This document shows positions 49,723 to 60,122 of a stretch of 64,000 nt of DNA, one piece after another. Position 1 is the first letter of the stretch, and the number at the start of each line of letters is the position of its first letter. Made by a program: the position numbers and the translations under genes. Below the pieces are notes generated by a model, which saw only the letters and a program-made list of their open reading frames with translations, ran no database searches and was not told where the DNA came from. The stretch is from Candidatus Marinacidobacterales bacterium (GTDB taxonomy: Bacteria > Acidobacteriota > Vicinamibacteria > Marinacidobacterales > SMYC01), in NCBI GenBank assembly GCA_965237955.1, contig OZ250169.1, forward strand, positions 3,680,001 to 3,744,000, written 5' to 3'.

Positions 49723-50756
49723 AACTGAGGGGGGTCGGCATCGGCTCCATGATCTATGGCTTGGGATACGGTTTCGCGCGTCCAGACTTTGCCAGCGCAG
49801 AGGTCGAAGTGGCGTTTGACGGCAGTGTGACGCTATGGAATGGCGCTAGCGAGTTGGGGCAGGGGCTGCGTACCGTTCTCTGTCAGCTTGTCGCGGGCGA
49901 GTTAGGCATTCCCTATGAGGACGTCAGGATTATCTCCTCGGACACGGAGAAAACATCTGATTCTGGTCCCGTATCGGCAAGCCGCGCCACCTATGTGCAG
50001 GGGAATGCCGTGGTCAGAGCTTGCGGCGATTTGAAAGAGCAGTTGGGAACGCTGGCGGCTGACCTGCTGGACACATATCCAGGCAGAATTGAGTTCCGCG
50101 ACAAAGGCGTCTACGATCAGGAGGAGCCGTCCAAGTGGATACCCTTCGCGAAACTGGCCGGCGAAGCGCACGCGCGCGGCAAACGATTCCGAGGACACGG
50201 CTGGCACGACATCACGACATCCGATGTCGATCGCGAAACATCACAAGGAGACGCTTACGCGACGTACGCGTGGGCGAGCCAGCTGGCCGAACTCGAAGTA
50301 GACACCGAGACCGGTAAGGTAACCGTTCTGCGACTGGCCTCCGCGACCGATGCGGGCAAAGCCATCAACCCCAAAGGCGTGGAAGGCCAGATCGAGGGCG
50401 GTGCGGTGCAGGGACTTGGGTTCGCCTTGATGGAGGATATGATTGTGAAGGATGGGAAGTTTCTGAACTCTCGCTTCAGCACCTATATCATCCCGACTGC
50501 AGCCGATGTCCCAAGAATCGATCCTCTCATTGTCGAGGTGTATGACCCGACCGGTCCGCATGGAGCCAAAGGGGTCGCGGAGCCCGCCACAATACCCACA
50601 ACTCCGGCGATACTCAACGCCATCGCTGACGCGCTGGGTAAACGCATGAGCCGAACACCTGCCACCCCTGAGCGTGTACTTCAGCTACTCGGGAAAATCG
50701 AAGTCGCGCAAAACGAAGTGATTGCGATGGAGGACGTCCCCTATCCGAGCCCCTGA
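49719..50756 (+). CDS. Molybdopterin subunit, medium half (NdhM-like)
   Basis: Starts (M)KLRGVGIGSMIYG with a GTGA overlap and GGAGG RBS; ELGQG, ASR, GQIEGG, GAKGVAEP (catalytic Glu). Confidence 0.9.
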   Translation: MKLRGVGIGSMIYGLGYGFARPDFASAEVEVAFDGSVTLWNGASELGQGLRTVLCQLVAGELGIPYEDVRIISSDTEKTSDSGPVSASRATYVQGNAVVRACGDLKEQLGTLAADLLDTYPGRIEFRDKGVYDQEEPSKWIPFAKLAGEAHARGKRFRGHGWHDITTSDVDRETSQGDAYATYAWASQLAELEVDTETGKVTVLRLASATDAGKAINPKGVEGQIEGGAVQGLGFALMEDMIVKDGKFLNSRFSTYIIPTAADVPRIDPLIVEVYDPTGPHGAKGVAEPATIPTTPAILNAIADALGKRMSRTPATPERVLQLLGKIEVAQNEVIAMEDVPYPSP

Positions 50757-50833
50757 AGTGCGCAGCCGGCGACTTCGTCGGAACGGTTACCTCTGGCGGC
50801 GGCCTGGTATGATTCAACGAAGAAAAAGGCGCA

Positions 50834-52063
50834 ATGATTCAGAAACGTAAATCCTTGTTCGTGCTGTCGGGGTTTATTTTCGCTCGGTTGATGGTTGCGT
50901 GCGCGGCGGGGCCTGGAGCAGAGGACCCCATTCGGTTTGGGGTCATTCAGCCGCTGACGGGACCGGTTGCCGATGCAGGGTCTTATGTCCTCCACGGCCT
51001 GACCATCGGCCTCGAGAAGATCAACTCCGAGGGCGGTGTCTGCGGGCGGCGGCTGGAGCCGGTCGTCTTGGACGGCAGGAATGACCCGCAGGAATCCGCC
51101 AACGCGGCAGAGAGCTTGATCACACGTGAGAAGGTGCCCATCATCATGGGCGCATGGGGCAGCTCATCCACACTCGCGGTGATGCCGGTGATGGAGCGAC
51201 ACGGGGTACCCCTCGTGGTGGAAACATCCAGCTCCCCAAAGATTACAACCGCCGGTACGCCTGGTTTCGAGTGGGTGCATCGTATAAGCGCCACCAGCGC
51301 CATGGAAGCTGAGGCAGCGAAGCCCTACCTGGTCGATGTACTCGGGATGCACAACGTGGCCATCCTGAGTGTCAACAACGACTGGGGGCTCAGTTCGGGT
51401 GAAGCCTTCCGCCTGGTTATCGAAGAACAGGGTGGCAATATTGTCAGCGAGGACTATATCGACCAAGCCGCCACCGACGTCCTCCCACAGCTTACGAGGA
51501 TCAAGGGCTCGAAGGCGGACGCTATCTTGATGACCACTAGCGCTGGGCAGATAGCGACCATACTCAAGCAGTATAACGAGCTGGGTATGGATCAGACCAT
51601 CCTCACCACCGGCGGTAGTAACTATCCAATCGCCATCATGGATCTCTCCAGCCCGGAGATTGTCAATGGCACCTACCACCTGATGTTCTACGTGCCGAAG
51701 GAGTACGATTTGGCGGGAGATCCAGAGATTTCTGAGTGGTATTACAAGGAGTACATGAAGCGCGGCTATCCGGAGGTGGGACGGGGAGAATCCCACCGCG
51801 GCTTCGAGGCTGTGCATGTCATTGCTAAAGCGATTGAGCTGAACAACTGCAACCTCGATCCAGAGGGTTTGAACGACGCGCTGACTCGTGTTCAGTTTGC
51901 CGGGCTGAGCGGTCACATCCAGTTCGACGATGCCAATGGCCGTCAAAGCCGTCCCAACGTGTATCTCGTGCGCGTCGAAGATGGTGAACTGAAGCCCGTA
52001 CAAAGGCCTCACTCTGGTGGAACAGCGCATACGTCGCCGGAGCAGGGAGGTGCCCCACCATAG
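50834..52063 (+). CDS. ABC transporter substrate-binding protein (LivJ/LivK/Peripla_BP_6 family), lipoprotein
   Basis: Lipobox-like MVAC, IRFGVIQPLTG, INSEGGVCGRRLE, NNDWG; the last codons come from the IS256 insertion. Confidence 0.88.
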   Translation: MIQKRKSLFVLSGFIFARLMVACAAGPGAEDPIRFGVIQPLTGPVADAGSYVLHGLTIGLEKINSEGGVCGRRLEPVVLDGRNDPQESANAAESLITREKVPIIMGAWGSSSTLAVMPVMERHGVPLVVETSSSPKITTAGTPGFEWVHRISATSAMEAEAAKPYLVDVLGMHNVAILSVNNDWGLSSGEAFRLVIEEQGGNIVSEDYIDQAATDVLPQLTRIKGSKADAILMTTSAGQIATILKQYNELGMDQTILTTGGSNYPIAIMDLSSPEIVNGTYHLMFYVPKEYDLAGDPEISEWYYKEYMKRGYPEVGRGESHRGFEAVHVIAKAIELNNCNLDPEGLNDALTRVQFAGLSGHIQFDDANGRQSRPNVYLVRVEDGELKPVQRPHSGGTAHTSPEQGGAPP

Positions 52064-53490
52064 TTGAAGGTTCGAGGTGGTGGCGGCTCCTGACACATGG
52101 TTTACCCGACTTTGGCGTGCTTGTCGAGCGCTTGATTCTCAGTGACCTCCGCTAACTTCGCTTCGAGGATCGGTAGCGATTGGTATCCAATGATACGACG
52201 GAAATTTTTCTCCGTGGCGAGCAGAGCCGAAGCGGCCCATCTCAGAACCATCTTGCCATTGCGCCAGCGGGTGACGCGACGGGTACGACCTCGCGCACCG
52301 CTGAAGCACGACTCGATGATGTTCGTCGATCCAAGGCAGCGTTTCAGAGATGCGGGGAGGTCGAGCTCGTTGATGGTGAACATCTCGTCGAGCCCCTCCC
52401 GGATGCTCTCCGCCGCCGAGGGGTAGTCGTCCTCGAGCCACTTCGCCTGTTGCTCCAACCGCGCTTTGCCCTTCTTTGCTGGGAGCTGCCAGGCCGAACG
52501 CAGGCTCGCTTGCACTTGCGGCTTCAGCTCCTGCGGCAGATAACCGAGCACATTGCGCTCCTTGTGCTTCCTGCAACGCTGAACCTTGTTGTGGGTACCG
52601 AACACAGCGTCGACGGCGAGCCGTAGCGCCTTGGAGCCATCGATCACGAACAGCCGACACCGCTCTGGGCTCAGGCCTCGTTCGACCAGGTCCTCCAGCA
52701 GCGCCTTGCACACTATCTGGTTCTCCGATGCTCCATCCCGAAGCCCCAGAACATGCTTGTATCCCTCTGTATCTACGCCGATTGCCGCCAGCGCGTGGTG
52801 CTCGCCGAAGCGAATCCCGTCCAGGTACACGACCGCGATCTCCAGCTCGTCCAGCGGATGCTCCATCAGCCCCTGCAACTGCTCCGCGCTTGCTTCCACG
52901 AACTCACGGCTCACCTCGCTCTTGCTAACCCCTACCGTCTCCGCCATCTCGGGAAGAACCGACGCGTACTTGCGCGTCGACACACCCAGCATCAGGATTT
53001 CCCAGATGCGTTGGCTCAGCCGAGACGAGTTGTTCACCGCTTCGTAGGCAGGAATCGCAACCTCCCCTCCCTCTGCCTTTCCCTTACGCCGCAGACGTGG
53101 CCGGCTCACTCTCAACTTCCGCTCCGCAAGGCTTACTACGCCACCCTGCCGGCCGTGCCAGCGAACATCGCTACCCTTCTTCCCCGGGTGTTTCTCCCCA
53201 GCCACACTTTGGGCTGACAGATCCAAGACCGCTTCGATCGTCGCTCGGCCAGCAACGTCGATCACTTCGTCGATCGCTATCTCGGTTCGCTCAATCGCAT
53301 CCAAGAACGGCAACAGAGCTTGCCCCTTCGAGCTCAGTATCTCTCGAAGCTTCTTCCTGTTCTTCGCATCGATGATTTGGTGATTTGACATCGTGGTGGC
53401 TCCTTTCTTTTTCCTTCACAGCCGGATTCTATCGAACCCGGCCTTAGGAGCCGCCACTCCTAACCTTCAACTATCTCAGGGGCATCTCCC
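52045..53490 (-). mobile_element. IS256-family element
   Basis: Inverted termini GGGAGGTGCCCC..ATAGTTGAAGG and CCTTCAACTAT..GGGGCATCTCCC, flanked by duplicated GGAGCA (CCGGAGCA under an alternative boundary). Confidence 0.88.
52102..53391 (-). CDS. IS256 (mutator-type) transposase
   Basis: GVSTRKY, VYLDG, FVIDGSKAL, QRCRKHKERN, STNIIES. Confidence 0.92.
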   Translation of the reverse strand: MSNHQIIDAKNRKKLREILSSKGQALLPFLDAIERTEIAIDEVIDVAGRATIEAVLDLSAQSVAGEKHPGKKGSDVRWHGRQGGVVSLAERKLRVSRPRLRRKGKAEGGEVAIPAYEAVNNSSRLSQRIWEILMLGVSTRKYASVLPEMAETVGVSKSEVSREFVEASAEQLQGLMEHPLDELEIAVVYLDGIRFGEHHALAAIGVDTEGYKHVLGLRDGASENQIVCKALLEDLVERGLSPERCRLFVIDGSKALRLAVDAVFGTHNKVQRCRKHKERNVLGYLPQELKPQVQASLRSAWQLPAKKGKARLEQQAKWLEDDYPSAAESIREGLDEMFTINELDLPASLKRCLGSTNIIESCFSGARGRTRRVTRWRNGKMVLRWAASALLATEKNFRRIIGYQSLPILEAKLAEVTENQALDKHAKVG

Positions 53491-53856
53491 GGAGCATTAG
53501 TCGACCCGTTAGATCCAATTGCCGTCATCCAGGTACAAAGCACCGCTGGCGGGAAAATCCCAGCCGAATCAGAGCATTGAAAACGGCTTCGCGCCTCTCA
53601 GCCTGAGCCACATTCAATCGAAGCTCCGGGAGGCGGTGCGTATTCCGGGGCATCGTGAACGCAGATTCCAGCCGAAGGTGAACATCCATTCCAAAGCATC
53701 GTGAACACGGATTCCGGGGATCGTGAACATCGATTCCGGGGAAGGTGAACACGGATTCCAGGCAACGTGAACGCCGGTTCCGGCATCGCGAACGCTCATC
53801 GATAGCACGTTTCAAGGCAACTCTAGGTCGTACCCGGAAGGAGGACGATCTAGGAA

Positions 53857-55292
53857 ATGGCAGCTAAGAGGTTATCGATGAGAAAAATACGAGAGGTTCT
53901 AAGGTTAAAGTACGAGCTGGGTTTTACTCACCGCATGATCGCAAAGGCACTTCGCGTGGCGGTTGGAACGGTGAGTGAGTACCTGGCCAAGGCGAAGAAG
54001 GGTGGTCTGAGCTGGCCGCTCCCGGAGGAGCTGAGCGAAGGGGAGCTGGAGGCAGGGCTGTTTCCGCCGCCGGGCTCGTCTGGCGCACGGCCGGGTCTGG
54101 ACTATGCCCACATCCACGAGGAGCTGAGGCGTCACCGAGAGCTGACGTTGCTGCAGCTGTGGGTGGAGTACGCGGAGAATAAGCCGGGAGCGTACGGCTA
54201 CAGCCGTTATTGCGAGCTGTACGGTCAATGGAGCTGTTCGTCGGGACGTTGGGCGCGAGCAGTTACACCTACGTCGAAGCGACACTGAACCAGTCGCTGG
54301 AATCGTGGGCGAAGGCCCATAAGGGGATGTCGGATTACTTCGGTGGCAGTACGGAGATCTGGGTTCCGGACAACTTGAAGAGCGGCGTGGATTTGGTGGA
54401 CCGTTACGAGCCAGGGATCAACCGGACGTACGAAGAGCTGGCGACGCATTACGGTGCGGTTGTGGTCCCGGCTCGGGTGTTCAAGCCGAAAGACAAAGCG
54501 AAGGTGGAGTCGGCAGTGCAGGTGGCGCAGCGCTGGATCCTGGCGGTGCTTCGTCATCGCACGTTCTTCAGCCTGGCGGAACTGAACGAAGCCATCTGGG
54601 AGAAGTTAGAGGTCCTGAATGCGCGTCCGATGCAGAAGCTCGGTGTGAGTCGGCGGGAGTTGTACGAAAGGCTAGACCGGCCCGTACTGAAACCGCTACC
54701 GCAGGAGAGCTACGAGTTATCGACGTGGAAGCGGTGCAGAGTGAACATCGACTACCACGTGGAGGTGGAGAACAACTTGTACAGCGTTCCCTATCAGCTC
54801 ATTCACGAGAAAGTCGAGGCACGGGTGACGGCCTCGGTGGTGGAGGTCCTGTTCAAGGGAAAGCGCGTCGCGTCGCATCCCCGCAAGAAAGGAAAGGGGC
54901 ACTACTCCACGAACCCGGAGCATATGCCACGTTCGCATCGGGAGCACCTGGAGTGGACGCCGTCGCGGCTGCTCCACTGGGCGGAGCAGTCAGGTCGCGC
55001 CACGGGAAGGCTGGTTGCGGGGATTCTAGAGAGTCGGCCTCACCCGGAGCAGGGATTTCGCTCTTGCCTGGGAGTCATGCGACTAGGCAGCCGCTGGGGC
55101 AGTGAGCGTCTCGAGGCCGCTTGCGCACGAGCGGAAGCTTTGAGCTCTTACAGCTATCGCACGGTGAAAAACATTCTCTCGGCTGGTCTGGATCGTGTGG
55201 TGCTCGAATCGGACGCCGAAGCGAAACCGCGAGAGGAGCACGAGAACATCCGAGGCGCGGATCACTACGAAGGAGGAGAGTCCCGATGCTGA
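53857..55292 (+). pseudogene. istA: IstA, frameshifted by a 121-bp deletion at ~54227
   Basis: TACGGTCA|ATGGAGCTG junction; the segment encoding KKKLNPTMRQ...FVDFSG...ELVE is missing. Confidence 0.92.
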
Positions 55293-56044
55293 CACCCGAA
55301 ACGATAGAAAAGATGAACGCCATGAAGTTGTTCGGCTTGGTGTCCGCGTTCGAAACCCAGTTGAGCTCGAGCGAATACAAGGAGCTGAGCTTCGAGGAAC
55401 GTGTGGGACTCCTGGTCGATGCCGAGTGGACCGCCCGCGAACAGCGTAAGCTTTCTCGACGACTGCGAGCGGCAAAGCTCCGCTATCCGGCATGTTTGGA
55501 GAACGTGAACTTCCAAGCGCCTCGAGGCTTAAACCGCGAACAGATCTTGAGCCTGGGCAACTGCCGCTTTGTCGGTGAGCGCCATAACCTGCTCATCACC
55601 GGCCCGACGGGGATTGGCAAATCGTTCTTGGCTTGCGCCTTCGTGGAGCGGGCCTGTCGTCGCGGCTTCACCGGATGCTACGTGCGAGCACCGCGCTTGC
55701 TCCACGAGCTCGCGGTCGCTCGTGGTGATGGTTCCTACGCCCGGCTTTTGACGAAACTCGCCAAGCTGGACTTACTGGCTATCGATGATTGGCTGCTTCA
55801 CCCGCTGAAAGAATCGGAGAGACGGGATCTAATGGAGGTCATCGAAGACCGCGCCGAGCGTGGCTCCACACTCATCGCGACCCAGATTCCGCTCAAGCAG
55901 TGGCACGAAGCGATTGGCGACCCAAACCAGGCAGACGCTATCTGCGATCGCATTCTCCACAGCGCGCACCGCATCACTCTCAAAGGAGCTTCTCTGAGAA
56001 AGACCAAGGCTGCGCCAAAGGCATTTGACAACGCCGATGCATGA
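55286..56044 (+). CDS. istB: IS21 helper ATPase IstB
   Basis: Same translation as 8750-9508. Confidence 0.95.
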   Translation: MLTPETIEKMNAMKLFGLVSAFETQLSSSEYKELSFEERVGLLVDAEWTAREQRKLSRRLRAAKLRYPACLENVNFQAPRGLNREQILSLGNCRFVGERHNLLITGPTGIGKSFLACAFVERACRRGFTGCYVRAPRLLHELAVARGDGSYARLLTKLAKLDLLAIDDWLLHPLKESERRDLMEVIEDRAERGSTLIATQIPLKQWHEAIGDPNQADAICDRILHSAHRITLKGASLRKTKAAPKAFDNADA

Positions 56045-56565
56045 GCGAGCGAGGGACCACAGCGTCGATGCGATAAAAACGGGTGAAACCGCCAAACCCG
56101 GGGTACCAGACGATGCGGCGCCAAAACGACGCGCGAGAATGCCTCAGGAAGCGTCTTCTCGAGCCAGGCCATACCCCAGCAACCCCCCGAAACCAGCCCC
56201 ACATCGCCCGGGGTTCGGCCGCGGCAGGTCGCTGCCTACGGGAGCGGGAAGGTCGCTTCGCGTCTTTCCTTACGCCCGCTCCCTCCGGCACCGACCTGCC
56301 GCCCCTTGCTACACAACACGCAGGTAAGATAGGTTCACGTTTTCAATCAGTGGAAAGGAGGTCACCCAACACTTCATCGCTTCGATGAGCGTTCGGCTTC
56401 ACCGGATTCGCTGTTCAGCTTGCTCTGGATTCGGCGTTCACGATGGCTGGAATACGCAGTCGGAGCGTTAATTAACCCCAAAGCAAAAATCAACGCGGCC
56501 ACGAATTGCCTAAGGGAGGCCCCCTGTGTCAGGGTTAACCTCCACGTCTGCCCCTAATACCGGTC

Positions 56566-57438
56566 ATGGTTATTTTCTTACAACACGTCGTCAACGGTCT
56601 CATGATCGGTGGTGTTTACGCCTTGATGGGCATAGGCCTGACGCTCATTTTTGGCGTCATGAATGTGGTGAACTTCGCGCACGGCGAGTTCTACATGCTG
56701 GGCGCATTCGTCGTCTACACGGTCTTCACGCTCGCGGGCGTACCGTACCTGATCGCGCTCATCGCTGCGGCCATCGTCGTTGGCCTACTGGGTGTCTTTG
56801 TCGAGCGGTTTTTGTTGCGTCCGATCCGCCATCAGCCCGTGGATGTTCCGATGCTGGCAACGATCGGGCTCTCCATCTTTCTGGCTAATATGGCGTTGAT
56901 CGTCTGGGGCCCCACCCGCAAGGATATAGGCCAGGCTTTTCCTCTAGTTGGCATCGAGGTTGGACCCTTGACACTGACGCCCGCCAGGGTGTCCGTGCTC
57001 GTTGCCTCGCTCCTCATCATTGTCGGCTCGCATTGGTTCCTCCAGCGCACAAAGTTGGGCAGGGCTATACGTGCCACCTTCCAGGATCCGGAAACGGCTG
57101 CCTTGATGGGTGTCGACGTCGACTTTGTCAACATGTTTACCTTCGGCTTGGGAGCGGGCATCGCCGCTCTTGCCGGTGGCTTGCTCGGGCCCATTTTCCA
57201 GGTGTTTCCCACCATGGGAGCTATCGTCAGCCTCAAATCCTTTGCGGTGGTCATCGCCGGTGGGTTGGGCAGCTTCCCCGGCGCCATCCTGGCGGGACTG
57301 CTGCTGGGCATTGCCGAGAGTTTAGGGGCAGGCTATATCTCCTCAGGATATCGTGACGCGATTGCATTCATCCTGATCATTGTCGTGCTCATTTTCAAAC
57401 CCACCGGTCTGCTGGGAAAAAAGGGCGGAGTGGGATGA
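56566..57438 (+). CDS. livH: Branched-chain amino acid-type ABC permease (LivH-like)
   Basis: NGLMIGGVYALMGIGLTLIFGVMNVVNFAHGEF, GRAIRA, GGLGS, KPTGLLG. Confidence 0.92.
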   Translation: MVIFLQHVVNGLMIGGVYALMGIGLTLIFGVMNVVNFAHGEFYMLGAFVVYTVFTLAGVPYLIALIAAAIVVGLLGVFVERFLLRPIRHQPVDVPMLATIGLSIFLANMALIVWGPTRKDIGQAFPLVGIEVGPLTLTPARVSVLVASLLIIVGSHWFLQRTKLGRAIRATFQDPETAALMGVDVDFVNMFTFGLGAGIAALAGGLLGPIFQVFPTMGAIVSLKSFAVVIAGGLGSFPGAILAGLLLGIAESLGAGYISSGYRDAIAFILIIVVLIFKPTGLLGKKGGVG

Positions 57439-59357
57439 CGCAAACATCTCGATTTTCGCTCCTGGGTCTGCTGGCAGCGGCTCTGGTCTTTCCCCAAATC
57501 GTCAGCGATCCCTTCGTTCTTCGTCTGGCGATCCTATGCGGTGTCTTTATCCTGCTGGCGTCCGCCCACAACATCTTGATGAACGTAAAGCAATTGTCAC
57601 TTGGGCCGGTAGCGTTTTACGGACTGGGCGCCTATGTCTCCGCGATTCTCACAACGCGGTTCAACGTTCCCTTCCTGATAGCGTTTTTCGCCGCCGGTCT
57701 CACGGCCACCGCCGTCGGATGGATCCTTGGCCGTTTGACGCTGAGACTGCGCGCCGCCTATTTCGTCCTGGTGACTCTTGGTTTTGCCGAATTTTTCCGG
57801 CTCGTCGCCCTCAACTGGGTCGACATGACGAACGGCCCGATGGGTATTACTGCAGTACCGCCGCCCACTCCGTGGTTCAAAGGATACGTACCCTACTACT
57901 TCTTTATTCTGTTGCTAGTCGTGATCGTGCTGTGCGGTCTGTACCGCCTGGAGCACAGCACGATTGGGCGGGCCATGCGTGCTATACGTGAGAATGAACC
58001 GCTGGCCCTCTCCGTCGGCATTTCCAGCTTCCGCTACATGATGTTAGCGACTCTGCTGAGCTCTTTTATCATCGGGTTGGCCGGCAGCTTCTACGCGCAC
58101 TTTTCCCAGTTCGTCAGTCCCGAAATTCTAGCGTTCGACCTTACACTCACTATTGTGATCATGGTCATCGCCGGTGGACGTGCCACCCTGGCGGGGCCGG
58201 TCGTAGGTGCGATTATCTTCACCGTATTGCCTGAGCTCCTGCGCGTCGCCCAGGTCTGGCGCATGGCCATCTTGGGTCTAATGCTCATGCTCATCATGCG
58301 TTTCATGCCTGACGGAATCTTACCCACCCTGTCACAGTTGCTACGGCGCCTCGTCGCCCAGCGCGTCAAGGTTCGCCCGAAACCGGTCGAAGGTCCGACC
58401 CCTAGCGCGGCTCCAGCAGGACCGATCGTCACGACGGAGCAGCACTCGCCCCTGAGTCCGGAGTTTCCCGAGTCCCTTTCACGTGGGTCGACGGTTGACG
58501 GCTCAAACCTATCCCCGCGGAGTGAAGCCTCCCATGATGTCGAGCACCGCCGCAGCTCAGAAACGCTCCTTCGGGTAAAGCGACTATCCGTCTATTTCGG
58601 CGGCCTGCATGCCGTAGACGGAGTCGATTTCGAGGTGAAGGCGGGCGAGATCCTCGCGGTCATCGGCCCCAACGGAGCAGGCAAGACGACGATTCTAAAC
58701 GCAATATCCCGATTTGGGCCCATCACCGCCGGCGAGATCTGGCACCATGACGAGCTCCTCAATAACTTGTACTCGTACGAAGTTGCCTGCCGCGGTATCG
58801 TGCGCACCTTTCAAGACACCAAGCTCTTTCCGAATGTCTCGACGCGACGCAACCTCGTCCTGGCGCACAACGGCATGGAGCCGGAAGCGCTCCATGCCAA
58901 TCTGTTTCGCACCGACTCATGCTTACAGGCTGAACGGCAGGCCGAGCTCGTTGCAGATCAGGTTCTGGAGTTCCTTCGGCTGAACCCACACCGGTCGTTC
59001 TTGGCCAATAGCCTGCCCTATGGTCATCAGCGCTTGCTGGCACTGGGCATAGCACTGGCTCCTAAGCCCAAGGTGTTGCTGCTCGACGAGCCGGCAGCGG
59101 GCATGAATCTCGCCGAGGTCGCAGATCTCATGGCCCTGATCAAGAAGATTCGCGACAAAGGCATCACCATCGTTCTGGTGGAGCACGACATGAAGCTGGT
59201 CATGGGCATTTCGGATCGCGTCCTGGTGCTGGACTACGGCCAGAAGATCGCCGAGGGACGCCCAGAGGAGATCCGCGCCAACGAACGCGTCGTCGAAGCG
59301 TACCTGGGGAGGCGTAGCGAGCAAACGGAAGAGCATGCTAAAGATATCCAATATTGA
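57435..59357 (+). CDS. Fused ABC permease and ATPase (LivM-LivG)
   Basis: N-terminal LivM-like TM domain (GRAMRAIREN), Pro-rich linker, C-terminal GPNGAGKT, LLLDEPAAG, VEHD. Confidence 0.9.
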   Translation: MTQTSRFSLLGLLAAALVFPQIVSDPFVLRLAILCGVFILLASAHNILMNVKQLSLGPVAFYGLGAYVSAILTTRFNVPFLIAFFAAGLTATAVGWILGRLTLRLRAAYFVLVTLGFAEFFRLVALNWVDMTNGPMGITAVPPPTPWFKGYVPYYFFILLLVVIVLCGLYRLEHSTIGRAMRAIRENEPLALSVGISSFRYMMLATLLSSFIIGLAGSFYAHFSQFVSPEILAFDLTLTIVIMVIAGGRATLAGPVVGAIIFTVLPELLRVAQVWRMAILGLMLMLIMRFMPDGILPTLSQLLRRLVAQRVKVRPKPVEGPTPSAAPAGPIVTTEQHSPLSPEFPESLSRGSTVDGSNLSPRSEASHDVEHRRSSETLLRVKRLSVYFGGLHAVDGVDFEVKAGEILAVIGPNGAGKTTILNAISRFGPITAGEIWHHDELLNNLYSYEVACRGIVRTFQDTKLFPNVSTRRNLVLAHNGMEPEALHANLFRTDSCLQAERQAELVADQVLEFLRLNPHRSFLANSLPYGHQRLLALGIALAPKPKVLLLDEPAAGMNLAEVADLMALIKKIRDKGITIVLVEHDMKLVMGISDRVLVLDYGQKIAEGRPEEIRANERVVEAYLGRRSEQTEEHAKDIQY

Positions 59358-60039
59358 CGTCTACTATGACAACGTCCATGTTCTCAAAGACGTTACGTTG
59401 CACGTCAACCAAGGGGAGCTCGTCACACTCATTGGTGCGAATGGCGCGGGTAAGACCACCTTACTCAAGACGCTCTCGGGCTTGAAGTCACCCCGCCATG
59501 GCGTGATTGCCTTTTTGGACCAGCGGATCGATGGCAAATCGCCCACTGAAATCGTGCGGCTCGGTATCGTCCACTGTCCCGAAGGCCGTCGCATTTTTCC
59601 CGACATGAGGGTGGGTGAGAATCTTGAAATGGGTGCTTACACCCGCTCCGATAGAGACGGCATTGGAACGGATAAGGAGCTCATCTTCGAGCTCTTCCCG
59701 ATTCTGAAGGAACGCTACAACCAACGGGCTGGCAATCTCTCTGGGGGCGAGCAGCAAATGCTCGCCATGGGTAGGGCGTTGCTTGCCAAGCCCCGCCTCC
59801 TCATGTTCGACGAGCCATCGCTCGGGCTTGCGCCGGTCCTCGTCGAGCAGATCGCAGACATCATCCGAAAGCTACATAAAAGCGGCACGACCATCCTGCT
59901 CAACGAGCAAAACGCTGACATGGCGCTTCGCCTGGCAGATCGCGCGTATGTGCTGGAAACCGGAAGAGTTGTCTTGGAAGGAAACGGTGCCGATCTGCTG
60001 CAAAACGCGCACGTTCAGCAAGCTTATCTCGGAGGTTGA
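59335..60039 (+). CDS. livF: ABC ATPase (LivF-like)
   Basis: GANGAGKT, PEGRRIF, LSGGEQQML, DEPSLGLAP. Confidence 0.93.
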   Translation: MLKISNIDVYYDNVHVLKDVTLHVNQGELVTLIGANGAGKTTLLKTLSGLKSPRHGVIAFLDQRIDGKSPTEIVRLGIVHCPEGRRIFPDMRVGENLEMGAYTRSDRDGIGTDKELIFELFPILKERYNQRAGNLSGGEQQMLAMGRALLAKPRLLMFDEPSLGLAPVLVEQIADIIRKLHKSGTTILLNEQNADMALRLADRAYVLETGRVVLEGNGADLLQNAHVQQAYLGG

Positions 60040-60122
60040 ACCGTTACTCGTTGGCTGGCCGTATCGGATCTCGCTGAGACAAGCGAGCGGAGAATCCAGA
60101 ACGTCAGGCCGCTGTACTCCGC

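Larger units (their letters stand above)
53637..56458 (+). mobile_element. IS21-family element, copy 2 (2822 bp; 121-bp internal deletion)
   Basis: Nearly identical to 6980-9922 with the same termini; no perfect target duplication (GGCGG vs GTCGG). Confidence 0.95.

Noticed and set aside
48388-50756. Split molybdopterin subunit read as a broken gene
   Set aside because: The second half has its own GGAGG RBS and GTGA coupling, and the split matches the natural NdhL/NdhM layout.
6980-56458. Composite transposon bounded by the two IS21 copies
   Set aside because: Copy 1 has its own CCAATG duplication inside the receptor gene, so it inserted independently, and the outer flanks do not match.
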